DNA from: Tubulanus polymorphus | Taxonomy: Eukaryota; Animalia; Nemertea | Reading direction: 5' to 3' | Assembly (NCBI RefSeq): GCF_964204645.1 | Contig: NC_134031.1 | Span: forward strand, 5,022,001-5,086,000 | Length of the DNA: 64,000 bases | In this document: positions 14,601 through 57,802 of the stretch, piece by piece | How positions within the stretch are numbered: the stretch's first letter is position 1 | Layout of the letters: the number at the start of each line of letters is the position of its first letter | Program-made: the position numbers and the translations under genes | The notes under the pieces: generated by a model | What the model was told of the DNA's origin: nothing | Databases searched by the model: none | The model's input: only the letters and a program-made list of their open reading frames with translations

Positions 14601-14863
14601 GGCGGTCCTGAAGATATCTTTATTCACTCCAAATTTCTTGTATTTTGCAGCGTCACAACGCCGAGCAATTAGTAACGTGGTGTCTACATTTCATCAGCAG
14701 TAACTACATCGCCTTCGAGAACAGGCCCGACTTCTGTAATTTGAAAGGCGAGTTCCTAGACCACGTCGAGGAGCACCGCTGGCCGCCAGTGTCGTATCTG
14801 AACGAAGTTCAAGAATACGAAATTCAGATGACAAAACAAGGCGAATCATGCCAGGTCATGTAA
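8665..14863 (+). CDS. RhoBTB: RhoBTB/RacA-like protein, copy 2 (complete, 594 aa). Exons 8665-8859, 9903-10071, 10460-10602, 10686-10794, 10869-11056, 11443-11632, 12128-12361, 13244-13347, 13712-13951, 14651-14863
   Basis: Rac-like GTPase motifs [44 protein letters not shown]; two BTB domains; CaaX CQVM. The 10 exons sum to 1785 nt in frame. Confidence 0.93.
9474..9674 (+). CDS. Alternative first coding exon of RhoBTB copy 2 encoding a degenerate GTPase N-terminal half
   Basis: ATG in good context (GCTATGG); [20 protein letters not shown]...[17 protein letters not shown] is collinear with exon 8665-8859; phase-0 donor GTATGT compatible with exon 9903; acceptor TTTTAAG at 9466. Confidence 0.65.
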
Positions 14864-15677
14864 TCACACGAACTGTCCTTAGAGAAGGGTATAAAAAGGG
14901 AACATTTCCAGGCAGAGTGAGGCCATATGCGGGTTCAGCCGCTTCGCGGAAACCTAAAACGGTAGCTCTGTGCATATGGCACAAATCCGAGAAATCAGCA
15001 TTGTCGGATCGATCTAAATACTCATAAAATAAGACGGCTTATACTGTTTGTGATAGTGAAGACCAATGACACTTTATTATTATTATTATCTTTAAATACA
15101 TTGTGTGTACATAGCTTAAATAAAATAAGTATTTCATGTCTTCGAATAAGATAAATCTGTGATAATATGATAGACGATTTTTGTACATATATAGTTTATC
15201 GAGTAGAATCGCAGTGTTCATTTTAAAGCTTCCAGATTACCATTTAAAACAATATATCATTTTCGTCATCACCGTTCGGCAGACATTATATTTTCTATTG
15301 TAATTTTCATTATTTTCGCGTTAAACTTGAATCGTTTCGTTATCATCTAAATACGGCTACGAGAGTGTGATTGAATTGATATAATTTGCGATGATATTAC
15401 TTATACATGTATAATACATATTTTGCAGTTCGTACGAATAAAACCCATTTCTTTCGTTGCAAGGATGATGTTTCAAAGTGACTTACTTTCACTAAGTGAG
15501 GTGAACTCGAAAATGTCGCCCAGACCTAACCGAATACCACATTCTTCCTAACAGATATATCCGGAGCCTTTTTAGAAATAGGTAATTTTGATTCATGGTC
15601 AAGCATCAGATTCGTGGTTAGAATTTTGCGCGACTCTACAACTGGTTCTGGGCTCGAATTATCCATCGGTAAAAACC

Positions 15678-15797
15678 CGGGTCCAGGTTTATATATAGGC
15701 TGGTACTATCTTTGACGCTAGGGCTTACTCAATTCATTTTCACTTTAGTAAACCACCCCGGGTTGAAAACAATACCAGTCTATCAAACCAGCCCCCG
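15678..15797. mobile_element. Short MITE, same family as 18473-18568 and a fragment at ~38810-38870
   Basis: Imperfect TIRs (GGTTT.TATAG.CTGG / CCAGTCTAT.AAAC) and shared core CTCAATTCATTTTC; absent from the paralogous position (~6130). Confidence 0.55.
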
Positions 15798-16419
15798 ATG
15801 ATTACCTATTTTGCAAAAATACATGCATTTGAAATTTACTATCCACAGAACGGTTATCATTCTTATCAAAGTATTTGTTGAACATGTTTCTGTACAAAAA
15901 TCACGCATATTAGACAGACAAAGGAGGTACAAAATTAATCAAAAGACACATATCTCAAGGGTTTCGGTACGATATACATTATTACACCACTTATGTCGGC
16001 GTTTCGACATAAACACGAAAAACATTAATTATTCAAAATATTTTACATAACAATATGTACAATTATCATGTTTGTATATGTATATACATGTACATCATTA
16101 CAGAGTGAATTGAATATATCTCCTAATAAGAAACGCCTCTAACAAATCTACTATCCTACGAGTCAATTCACCAATTCATTTCAAACCTCGCACCGAATTC
16201 GTCGCCGCAAATGAATTACTTTGTTATTTGATTTTAGTTTTCAAATATATAATCATCTGTGTATTGAAATAAGAAACAAATTCAATCCAGCCATCCATAT
16301 ATGTATATCAGTTTTTCTTTCCACTCTCGACGATGGCAAGATCGATTTTCTTTCACAAAAAGAAATGAATATCCACGTGCTCGGTAGACTTGGTCGGCAG
16401 ACGACGTCGGCCATTTTGA

Positions 16420-46929
<30,510 letters not shown>

Positions 46930-48982
46930 CTTCGATAATGAAGATTAACCGCACGGAATACACGCGTATATTATCAAGATATGTAGCGCCTCTACCTACG
47001 ACCGCATTGCTAGCAACTAATGTACACGGTCACCTCATATTCTCTCTCCAACTGAGAATAAAAGATTATTAGAATGGACTGACTCCACGACGCTAAGCCG
47101 CAGCCTTCATTTATGATAATCCTTTTGAAACTAGAAGTGAATTGATACAGCCAGTCAATCAGCGCACGCGCGGTACGTATACATGCCGAGGAAACAGCCA
47201 CTGCCGCGGATCTCACCGAGCGCAAATTCTAGTTGAACAACCGCCGCGCCTTTTAAAACGAAACCCAATCCGTTGTCGGCAATTTGTAGCGAGTTTTTTT
47301 CTAGATACTCAAACGATAAACGGTTTAACTATACGAATCGTGCGAGTCGAATTATCGTCGACGATGGTTCTGAACGCTAGTGTCGAATGGATGAATGAAT
47401 CGAAGCGTTAGAAGTGATAGAATGACGTGAGTGAGAGGTATCGACGCCGCCGCGCATGAACCTGCGGTATATTTGAGGTTTGCTAAAGCCTCGAGCGCGA
47501 GCCTATGCGGCGATCTTTCGATTTTCTCGAATATAAGCCGTTCACAAATTTCAAATAAATACAAGCGACGATTTTCGCTGGAATCAACACCACTCAGATC
47601 AAATCCTTTTTTGATGAGCTTAAATTAATTTCCTTCGAAGCGACTACACGACCCGATTCAATCGTTTCCAATGATGATTCTGTAGGTATAATCGAAATGG
47701 ATAGTTTAGTTACCAGAAATGAGTTTCGTTTATTCCACGCAGTCCTGGATCTCTGCCCGAAAAGAACATACGCGATTAACTAAATGTTTAAAACTTATGT
47801 TATACAAACAACTACCGTTGAAATAATTTACGCCGTGAATTTAAAATAAACATTTCTTATTTGAACAATATTTCGATCCACTTCGAATGCAGTATATAGA
47901 AAAACTTCGCGATACTTGACACATTTTGACATTTTTTCCACCATTCTTATCATAAAGCAAACGACCACCAAGATCGCGTTCGTTCCCTGTATACGATCTA
48001 TCCGAGAATTATTCTGGCGCTTGTTTTCATCACCGCAAATGATTTAACCACAACCGCGGCTTTCCGATATTCAAGCGAGGTCAACTCGTCGGACTTTCCA
48101 AGGTCGAACCGAATGCGACATCACGTTGGAGAGTGTGTAATTCGAATTGCTGATAAGTGAACGCTTGGAAAAAAGTCGAAATCTAAATCTCTTAAAGCTA
48201 TCAGATTTTAAATTGGTCGGCACTTACGAATTGAAATTTTCCATCGATAATCCTATTAGGGCCTAAGTGTTTACGGATATCCAATCTTTCCGCGCAAAAA
48301 CACCATATCATCACAACTTTTGATTTCGAGTTCTTTCTTCGAGGGGCTTGCTTACAAATAATCCGCTGTTCAAATAAAAATTCATCGACTCGAAAATATT
48401 TTATAAAAAAGATTTTATCGCGCCGTCGTGTCGTGGGATATATACACTTAGAGAGGGTAAACAATGCGCACTGGAATATCAATTTAACCGGAACTCCAAA
48501 ACCAGCCGCGGCGTGTTCAAACAACAAAATATTTGCTCAGTTAAAGACGATTTTTGTTGTTCTATGAATGGAGTACGTATAGTTTTAAAAACGCTCGTTA
48601 TTGGCCTTATGACGGCAAAACCGACGTATCCAACCCAGCGTATATAATCCCCGTATTGTACGGGGCGGTAGGAACTATTAGCAGCCTAATTAAAAAGTAA
48701 ACGCCTCGTATGGACGTAGTTTCTACAATGAGACACGTATACTGCGTGACTGTCGAGCCTCTCCGCACCCGACCGGGCGCTAGGTATGTCCGTTTTAGTA
48801 CGGCGTACGGAAAAGTCTCGTGTGCCTGCCTGAAATCACACCCGCTACGGGGGGTTCTATGAAGTGGCTTTGCATTTAGCATTCCGCGCCCCGTGTGGCT
48901 TCTACCCCGTGCAAAAAAAACGTCTGAGCTATAGAATGTCTGAGCGTCACGGCTGGGCATTCAACATTTGAATTTAAAAGTA

Positions 48983-49165
48983 CGATCTACCGTCTAATTT
49001 TCGAAATGACATTGATAGTTTTAAATCTCGTCTGAAAACATTTCATTTCAAAGAACGTATTCGATAGCGATTTCGACGTGTTTTTGCAGCCTAATTATTC
49101 TCATCGTAAACCGCAATCGGGCGCAGTGTAGTGCGGTTTATAAATGTGTTTTATTATCATCATTT
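48983..49165 (+). mobile_element. 3' remnant of an L2/CR1-group LINE
   Basis: Translates DLPSNFRNDIDSFKSRLKTFHF, like the ORF2 C-terminal LP..R....FK..LKT.LF motif, followed by a hairpin (TAAACCGCA...TGCGGTTTA) and a TTATTATCATCATT tail. Confidence 0.55.
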
Positions 49166-52100
49166 TATAAAAAAGATCGAAAGATTGAGATAAATCCTAA
49201 CGAAACAACGTTACCCGCGTCAATGACTTTCTGAGAAATCGAACGACGTCGAATTTGAAAAAGGGAAACGACGTGAAATTACTGAAAAATGTAGTGAACG
49301 AGAGCGTAATTCTACGCGTCGACTGTGGCCTCTATTCCCACCACCCACTACCGATGAAAATACCCCACGCAGTAACATAATTGAAACAAATTAACGCGAT
49401 TTTTTCCGAGAAAAATACCGCTCAATGCTAACACCTTTTAACTTCGCCCTGACAAAAGAAAACGTGACAAAATGTCTCGCTTTTCCCGCTAATTTTGCGA
49501 ATAATAGCATTTCTAAAATTGATACTCAAGTGCGCGCTATGCGTGACGTAGATATTTTTGTCTCTGACGTCACGGCATGCTTCTTCTTCCACGCGGCGTT
49601 TCGACTTGACAACTCTAGAGAAACACGTCTGAAAAAATCGAGAGATATACCCGATAATATTTCGACGTATTCGGGCTCGAATATCCTTCCCGAACGATAG
49701 GAAAAATATAGGCTTGACAGCCTTCCTAATTTGATACGTAAACACCTTTTGCCGATTTGATATGCGATATCGTTATAATTGTGTTATTCATCGCAGTTGT
49801 GCGACCCCGGAACCTATTTTATCGAATTATGACGATCAAAACGAATGGAAAGCATCGCGATTAGTGAAATCGACAGGTTTCGTCTGTTAACCAAAACAAT
49901 ATTTCGACAAACTGTTTATTTTGTATATATACGCGATTTCAATACGCGATATCGTTTTCGCGACCGTTTGACTGGGTTTCATCCGCGTCTATATAATCGA
50001 ATCAACGCCGGTCGGATCTTCAATCGGGTCGTCGTGTATTCGGATACCGCCATCGGAATTGCATCAATCACCAGAAATAAACGCGATTATCCTCGTGAAC
50101 CCGACTGATCGAACGTTTGCAGTTTATACAATTCAATAACGACACCGATCGAAACAAACAACTTGTTCCTAAACATTCGGTCCTGAATGCACTATGCATT
50201 CGCTGCTAAAATGATGTCGAATTTCACTGAATCTGACACTTAGTCAATATCTCAAAAAGGGCATTAGAATTTCGTCGTTTTTTTTCGATACGCACCAATG
50301 GGAAACCTCCGACGCTAACTGTGGCAATCGAGGATTCCGCTTATGGCTAGCGAGGATCCACCAGGTTCGCTAGCAATTCAGTCTACATTTCACTTAACAT
50401 CGAATAAACCTTTCTCACAAATGAACGATTATTAATGAAAACTATACCGATATCCGAGTAGAAAAATGAATTTAATGTATATTTTGTAGGTCAGATCCCC
50501 AATGACAGATCCCCAAAATATGTTAATGACCATGTTCGTTTTAGTTTCACTTTGAATGCGAGATTGCTGAATTTCGGTTTATACAGTATACGAGCTATCC
50601 TTGGGACGAACAGTTTTTGATTGAGATTGAACTCAAGTCAAAATTTCGTTCATTTCAATTATTCAAGTACCGTCGGATCAAATTTAACATTCATCCTGAT
50701 AGGTTTCTGAATGCATTCTCGATTAGAACGAATCGTCTTGTATCGGTAGAGTCGGTATCTCGATGGGATTGAGTTGGCGTTCAGCTTCGGCTCGGGCATA
50801 TCTGTTCCGCGTTAAATGCGGGAAACAGAGAGAGCAGCGGTATCGGTGAGGCATGGGATAACACCATCGATTCCGATTTATCTAATTTTGATAACAAGCC
50901 GATACATCATTATCAGTATCGCGTTCATCACAGAGGTAGAGAGGAGAAAAGGGCGGAATCCCATTGCTGAAAAAAACAACATACACACAAAGAATCTTCA
51001 AAGCTTTGAGAGTATCAAAATCTGGCCGACCTCAAACATTTTGAGCCATCTTTCTTAGCCTTTGAGAACGGAGCATTGCCACGGGAATAGGTTCGCTTGC
51101 ACAGATACTGCTTTATCCGAACCCGGCTTTAAATAAAGCAGGTCGAAAACCTCGATAGAAACCTACTTGAATTACGTTTTCATTGTGCAATTTAGCAGCG
51201 CGTAAATTAACACGTCGCGTTGTTCAGAATGTCTCCGAAAATAACCTCGCTCCTCCCGTTAACACATTCGAAGGTATATCTCATGATTGTCCAGTAATGA
51301 AAATAATCAACAGCGTATTTGTAAATTTCAATTTTAAGATTGGACATCCACGACTTTCACATTCATAGATATTGTATGGCACGATGTGGTATTAATATGA
51401 ATCGCAATGATGAATACATGTAGTTACATTTAATTAATGGTGACTTTGTTATCGACTCTAAGCGCGTTGTAATTGTATAAGTTGGTTTAAACCCGGACCC
51501 GTAGCGTGGAGGGTTCGGGGGTTCAAACGAACCATCCACACATAAAATAGGCTCCGCTAATTTTCAATCCAAAAGGAAATACCAGGAGAAACATTACACT
51601 TAAAACATTACACGTATAATATCAGATTGGTTCATTCATTCAGACCTTCGTTATATCAACAGACATCACTCAGACGCCATAATATCTGAGCATCAGAATT
51701 AAAATCTTTCAATGAGGAAGGCACCAAATCCCCGTTCAGTTACAGCCATGTTAAAATACGTACTCGCATATTTCGCACCTTTCTGAACTAATATCGTTAC
51801 AGCGTATAAATCGGGTCATGATATATATACAAACTGTAGTCCAAGATTCACCGAACAAAAAAATGAAAGCGACTAGTCTAGCACTAGTCAGGCTAGGTAG
51901 TTTAGTCCATTGTCACTTAAGACTGTACTACGGGATCGACTCGGACTTGAAGTAAGTAAGTAGATACATATACCTTGTTAAATTGATGAAAGAATGAAAA
52001 GAAATAGTTTTACTCTAAAGATTACTCACTCGCTAGGACTCAGAATCTGGACAGTACTACTGGTCAAACCGTTATCATCCGTCAGGTCCTTATTCACCGA

Positions 52101-52801
52101 ATACTTGCTCGAGAACATAGTGGCAGCGATAGACCTATACATAAAGATATATCACACTTTATTTCCTTTGCTAATAAAACCCCAAAACACACAACAGTTC
52201 TTGTTGTCTTTTTACTATAGGTACTATAGGTATGTATTTGTATTCTTTTCTTCTAAGAAATGGGCGCGTGCAAAAAGCAAATAGACAAGAAACAAAGAAA
52301 ACCAGTATTAGATAATATGTTATATGCTAAAAGTTAACTCTTTCAATTGAAGTGCCGATGCAGGCTTATTGACAGACGACAGTATTACTTGACCTGAAAA
52401 AAGGAAATTCTCCCATGGAAGTTTCTCCCAGCATAGTTTTCGACGAAGCATCGCTGTTATTACTTATCAGTATTTGTTTCTACGACCCTAAACGCCCTGG
52501 TGATTGTACAGTCTTTATGGCTATGTTTAGGCCCATATCACCAATTTGCTTAATAATATATTCATCTTGTTTCATGTATTTTTATATAATTCTTAACTGA
52601 TGTTGAAATAAATATCATAATGTACTGAAATTTATTGTATAGAATTGTATCGTATCTGATAGCTTGGTCAGAGACTTACCGGACTTGTAGCGCAATAGTA
52701 GTATACACACTAGTAGACGCATTTAAGATTCGAACATTTATCCTTATCTGAGCTTATACTTGAACTCTAGTTTTGCACGGGCAAAATGTCATTCAACGAT
52801 C

Positions 52802-52806
<5 letters not shown>

Positions 52807-52848
<42 letters not shown>
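52807..52848. repeat. (TA)n microsatellite
   Basis: About 40 bp of TA. Confidence 0.95.
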
Positions 52849-52849
<1 letters not shown>

Positions 52850-54253
52850 CGTACTCGTTACAAGCAATAATGACTGCATAAAATACCGGTATGAAAGTAG
52901 CCCACCGCATCGCGAGGTCAAATGAATATTCCAATGAACTAACCGATACAGTATAGCGTTTTTCCATGTCTAAAGGTAGATAGGTATATATACTACCAAT
53001 AACAGTTAACAAACATTAATTTCTTGAAAAAATGTCTACCATTAAGATGGGTCCATTATATATATATATATACAACAAGCAAGTTTATGCATATAAGACT
53101 AAATTATCTAGCCTTATAAATTTATGGCAATCCATAATCTTTAATTTTGTGTCCTCTTCTACATTTCTCGGTTTGAGTTCCATTTCTCATTTCTCCGAAA
53201 CTTCGGGCCCTATTCCATAGTTTTGGTCAGAATTCTAATCATTCATCCCGATGGAAATGTAGATATATACCTGTTCCACATTTGCGGACCACCATTGCAT
53301 CCAATAGGTAGATAGCGAACAGATCATCTACTTTATGGCGTAGAGAAAGGTGAAACTTCGCAATGAATCGCGAAAGGAGAGTGAAATAATTTTGATAAAT
53401 TTCCAAATTACTCTATCTAAAGTTTTTCGGCTTCGTTAATGAAGAGAAAGATTATGCGGTTAAAACCCATTAAGCACAAATTCAAAAGATTATAAGCAGA
53501 ATTTAGCATTCCGAAATTTGAAGATCAAAAGTTTCGAATTCAGCGATCCTCGTCACATGTGTGAGGGAATAACTAAAACGGAAGGTTCATATACATCGGG
53601 AGAACGAGTTCATTGAGTAAATTTGATTTAGAAAACAGAATACTTGTATAATACTTCGAGAATCTTTGATGCAACGGCTGCCGAACTGGACGTAGTAGAT
53701 CGGAACTGTTACCTGCATGTTTGAACAATCAATCAAACGTCTTCGTTGAGATCTGCTCTGCAGAATCTCTTCACCGGAGTTTTTATACGGTGCTTAAAAA
53801 CGATACTCGATTATCTCGAGAGGACTATCCGGTTGCAAGACTTACCGAGTAATTAAACATTCGATGATTCCTCGATCTTTAATGATTACCACACGATAAT
53901 TGGCAGCTGTCAATCAAAACAGTGATACGTATCCTCGTTAACGGGAGCGGCCGCAGTTGATTGCGAACGAACCGCGTGCTCTTTCAACTGAAAATTGCCC
54001 GTCGTAGCGTGTGATATTTTAATTAACGACAAAGCAAATATTAATAGGTTAATTTGGCTAAGTGATATAATTAGGTCATCATTAACTGCGGTTTCATGAC
54101 AAATAATCACGGTATCACGCGATGAAGTCGTACCCCGACAATTATGTTTCATCAACACAGATTCATTGAGCTCTCGCCTTTTTCTGATTTTTTTTCACGA
54201 AGAATGCAATGAATCTTGAGTGAGAAAAACCGTACGATCGTCGCATCTTTGCC

Positions 54254-54621
54254 CATTCTCCCCCAGCAGGGATTCGAACCTAATGGTATCGATATTGCCA
54301 CGGTACGAACTCCTGTTACACTAGAGCGAATGCGCAGCTACATGCGCTGCTTAGATTATGTCATTATTAGCCAATCATAAATCCCATTTTATTTTAGTCT
54401 TATTAGTCCCATTTTTTGGCCTCAGCGATTATACAACGAGCAATCTGATTGGTGCCGCAAGTTTTCGCGCGGCAAACCTGCGCATGCACCCGGTCTGGTG
54501 TGAAAGTAGAATAGCTGATAACTGAAGGTAGATACCGGCAACCAGTCAAGCGTGGCAGGCGTTCGTGCCGTGGCTGAGTGTAGCGATGCCACCGGGTTTC
54601 GAATCCCTGCCGGGGAGGATG
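54254..54621. mobile_element. Repeat with tRNA-like inverted termini, copy 2
   Basis: TIRs ..CAGGGATTCGAACC / GTTTCGAATCCCTGCCGGGGAGGATG; internal CAGCGATTATACAACGAGCAATCTGATTGG is the reverse complement of the copy 1 core. Confidence 0.75.
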
Positions 54622-55611
54622 ATTTTTGCCGTGCTTTGCATCGTGGTCCTTCGTGCCCTATTTGGAAAAGCAATAGATATTTCCAAGGACCATGTACGTA
54701 GACTAGAGTTTATACTCTAGTCTATATGTTCACGATCAGGTTTAAGATTGTATTCTTTTGTATACTTTTATTTGCAATCGTGTTTTATGTCAAGGGGAAA
54801 TGAAATTAAGTAATTATGAAATTTCTAGATCTTACTAGTCAAACACTGATATACGTCCTAACGGCATCGTCTTCTTGGTCGGATCAGACTGCAGACTCTT
54901 TTTCCATATTCCGCTCGTTTGACTTTCTGAATCAGCAAGCTGAACAGAATGATACGTATCGCTGGGACACACTTTCGTTTTAGATAGCTATCACACTTCC
55001 CTCAACCTACCCTTTAACATGCCTCGCCCTAGCATTTCACTCACATACGAGCGATCATCTCAACCAGCAATCCAGTCGGTTGAGCTCTCTACATGGTGCA
55101 TATGATGCCATCTAACGTATTGACATCCAACATTCCATCAGCATTCCCGGATTATAGTTTTGGAAAATGGGTCGATGTACCTGCAGTGATGCGTACTCCT
55201 GTAGTAGTGAGGTTAGGGAAAGGGGATGAGCCATTGTACTAGTGGACCTGTTACGGTATCAGCTTACTAGTGAGGGTCCAGTTCTAGCGGGGCTCTTTTT
55301 TGTTTTTTGTGAGAGTCCTGTTCAACTGAGGCAGGGCCGTCCCTAGTTAATCGAGCAGCATCTCTCATTCCGTACAAAGTATTATGATAGTTAATTCAGC
55401 TGGTTCGATGTATTGAGTTTGTTTACACCGGTGCGTTCACTATTCGACAGAAATTCGAGTCAGAATTCTACTTTGAAACCCGTATCCATTTCACTTCAAC
55501 AACCTGTTAGGTCTGACTCTAATGAAAATATGTCTATAGTTTTCTTTGATATTCCGTTTTGAATACAAACATACACAGCCCCGGTGGTGACATGGTGAGA
55601 TATATAACTTC

Positions 55612-55725
55612 TTCTTGGGAGCGAAAAGTTTTTCGTTTGACAAAAAATTTTTCTTGAGAACGAAACAATCCTTTCGCGGAAACGAAATATTTTTCGTGGG
55701 AACGAAACAATCTTTTCGAAATCAA
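55612..55725 (+). repeat. Degenerate ~21-bp minisatellite
   Basis: About 5 units of GGGAACGAAACAATCTTTTCG-like sequence. Confidence 0.65.
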
Positions 55726-57802
55726 TCAAAACTTATGTTTCAAAAAAGAGCGAAAATTATCGCAACAAATCGGGAACTCGAGAGACCGCCACAAAATGGC
55801 TCCTAGAAACTGGAAACTTAGGGTAGGTAAAATCATATTTTTTGTTTGGTTGATCGCTGCAGAAGCCCTGTTTAACAGAGCGAGTTTCATTGGACATGAT
55901 AACACGATAATGAACATTTAACTAAGGGCGAAGTTAACTAAACTACACTTTGCTTTTTTTGTAAAAATAAACATCTGGCAGAAGCGTCATTTCCAGTTAA
56001 ATTCGCCGCTCTATCGGACTTCTTGCGTACATATTCGGCCGTAATTTCCTAACAGCAATTAAAAATTGCATTGTACCGATACTTTCTCATTAGGCAATGC
56101 GCACTGGAGACTGGTTATATCGAAGGTAAGTTGTTATTTTCGCAGCTGTTTTAAGGTAAGTCTATAGTAGCATCTCAGTAGGAAGCTAGCTCACTTATCA
56201 TCGCTACTTATCACGGTGCAGTTCGATTCGATTCGTTTTTCGTTAGTTTCGGCGCGCATGGATTTTTTTCCTGTTCTTCGGTCGTTTGTGTTTCGTTTCT
56301 ATACAGCCATTAAAGTTTAAAAGCAGATTATACTAGTAACGTTTCGGGTGGCAACTCAGCCTGATGAATAAATGGTTTTAATGTGTAGTTAAACGCCGAA
56401 AAACTGGTTAAACAACATTAATGACCGTTTCTTTACGTAGAACAAGACAAAGATGTAAATATCAACGATCTCATATTTAAAGCGAACCAGGGTGCCAAAA
56501 ATACACATCGCTTCGTTGGTAAATGAAGTCTCATGGGTTTCGCAGAGTTCGGAAGGATTGTCTTGTTCTAAGAATTACCGAGGGTGCAAATATATCTCAT
56601 TGGTTTTTTAGTAGTGAACACCAAAACGAAGGACATTAGGTAAGTAATTGCTAAATATTTCGTAGAAAGAAATCACGCCAATAGGATTTATCTCGATAGC
56701 ACTGGCAACTTAATAATGAAAATTACAGCAGCTTAAAGGAACAAATGAGATTGCGGTGAATCTAAAAAAACCACAATTTCTACGACCAAAATCACAAGTT
56801 GAATCCCGAATTTCGAATTAAACCTCGAAAAGACTTACACGTACATTTAAAGATATGCTTATGAAATACATTATAACTTTCTTTTATTATTAAGAAATCA
56901 AAATGTTCAGGAAATGTATCTTTATCTACGCAGCCCGATAGCTATACGTTCGGTTCATTTGGTCGGATTGAAGGCATTGAGAGGCGTAATCTGAAAACCA
57001 AGCTAAAATTCTTCGGATAAATTCAAATGATTACTCCAAGGTCTGACTGACATTGCACCGCATCCCTTCTCTAGGTTATTCACACTATGATATTCAGAAC
57101 GCAATCAGAGACCGTTCTCTTCATTCTATTCGATATGATGAGTTTCACGTTCGTAATCGGTTGGACAATGGTAGTAGCTGTTCTAGGCGTATAATGGATT
57201 TTTTCTTTTCCAGACCCGCATTACACAAAATCACACGTACTATATAATATATACCTAAAGTGACAAAATATCTTATATTTAGAATTGGAAATTGCAACGA
57301 ATTCAATTCTATGATATCATACCTGGAATTCATGTGAATACGAAATACATATATTTCCCTAATTTGCTTACATTTTTTACTTCAGATAACATGGGAAAAT
57401 AGCAAGTTCATTCAAGCGAGATGAAGCAACCCGGGACACCACCGAGCGTTTCCTAAACGCAGCTGACTTTCTACAGAACTCTGCGCTTATAGTTGCATCT
57501 CAGCTGAACTATACAGTTAACATTCGAGTTAAGTCTTTATTTGCTACGTCTGGACGGATTTTCAGAAATCCTAGTTATTAAACGAACGTATGTTTACGAT
57601 CTCAACGATGTAATCAAGGCGAAAACGACATATGCCGATAATCTTGTAACTAAAAACTAAGAAAATGCGATGTTTCAGTAGATTTTTCTTAACGGATTTC
57701 GTAGATTCGTAAAAATATCACTCGGTCTTTTTTATACTGAAAGGCTACGTACGAGGGAATTGAAAATATTTTTCGCGATTTACGTTTAAAATCGATGTAG
57801 AA

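Noticed and set aside
48880-48970. Resemblance to HDV ribozyme (GGCTGGGCA) and RNase MRP CR-V (ACACGGGGC)
   Set aside because: The required partner elements (P1/P3/L3; CR-I GAAAGUCCCC) are absent.
53713-53780. Possible further upstream neprilysin exon (ATGCAG|GTAACA on -)
   Set aside because: Phase 0 does not fit the TM exon; it may be a UTR exon but a lone donor is insufficient evidence.
55000-55310. Possible Pol III ncRNA ending in hairpin plus T run
   Set aside because: No diagnostic 7SK, snRNA or SRP motifs could be matched by eye.
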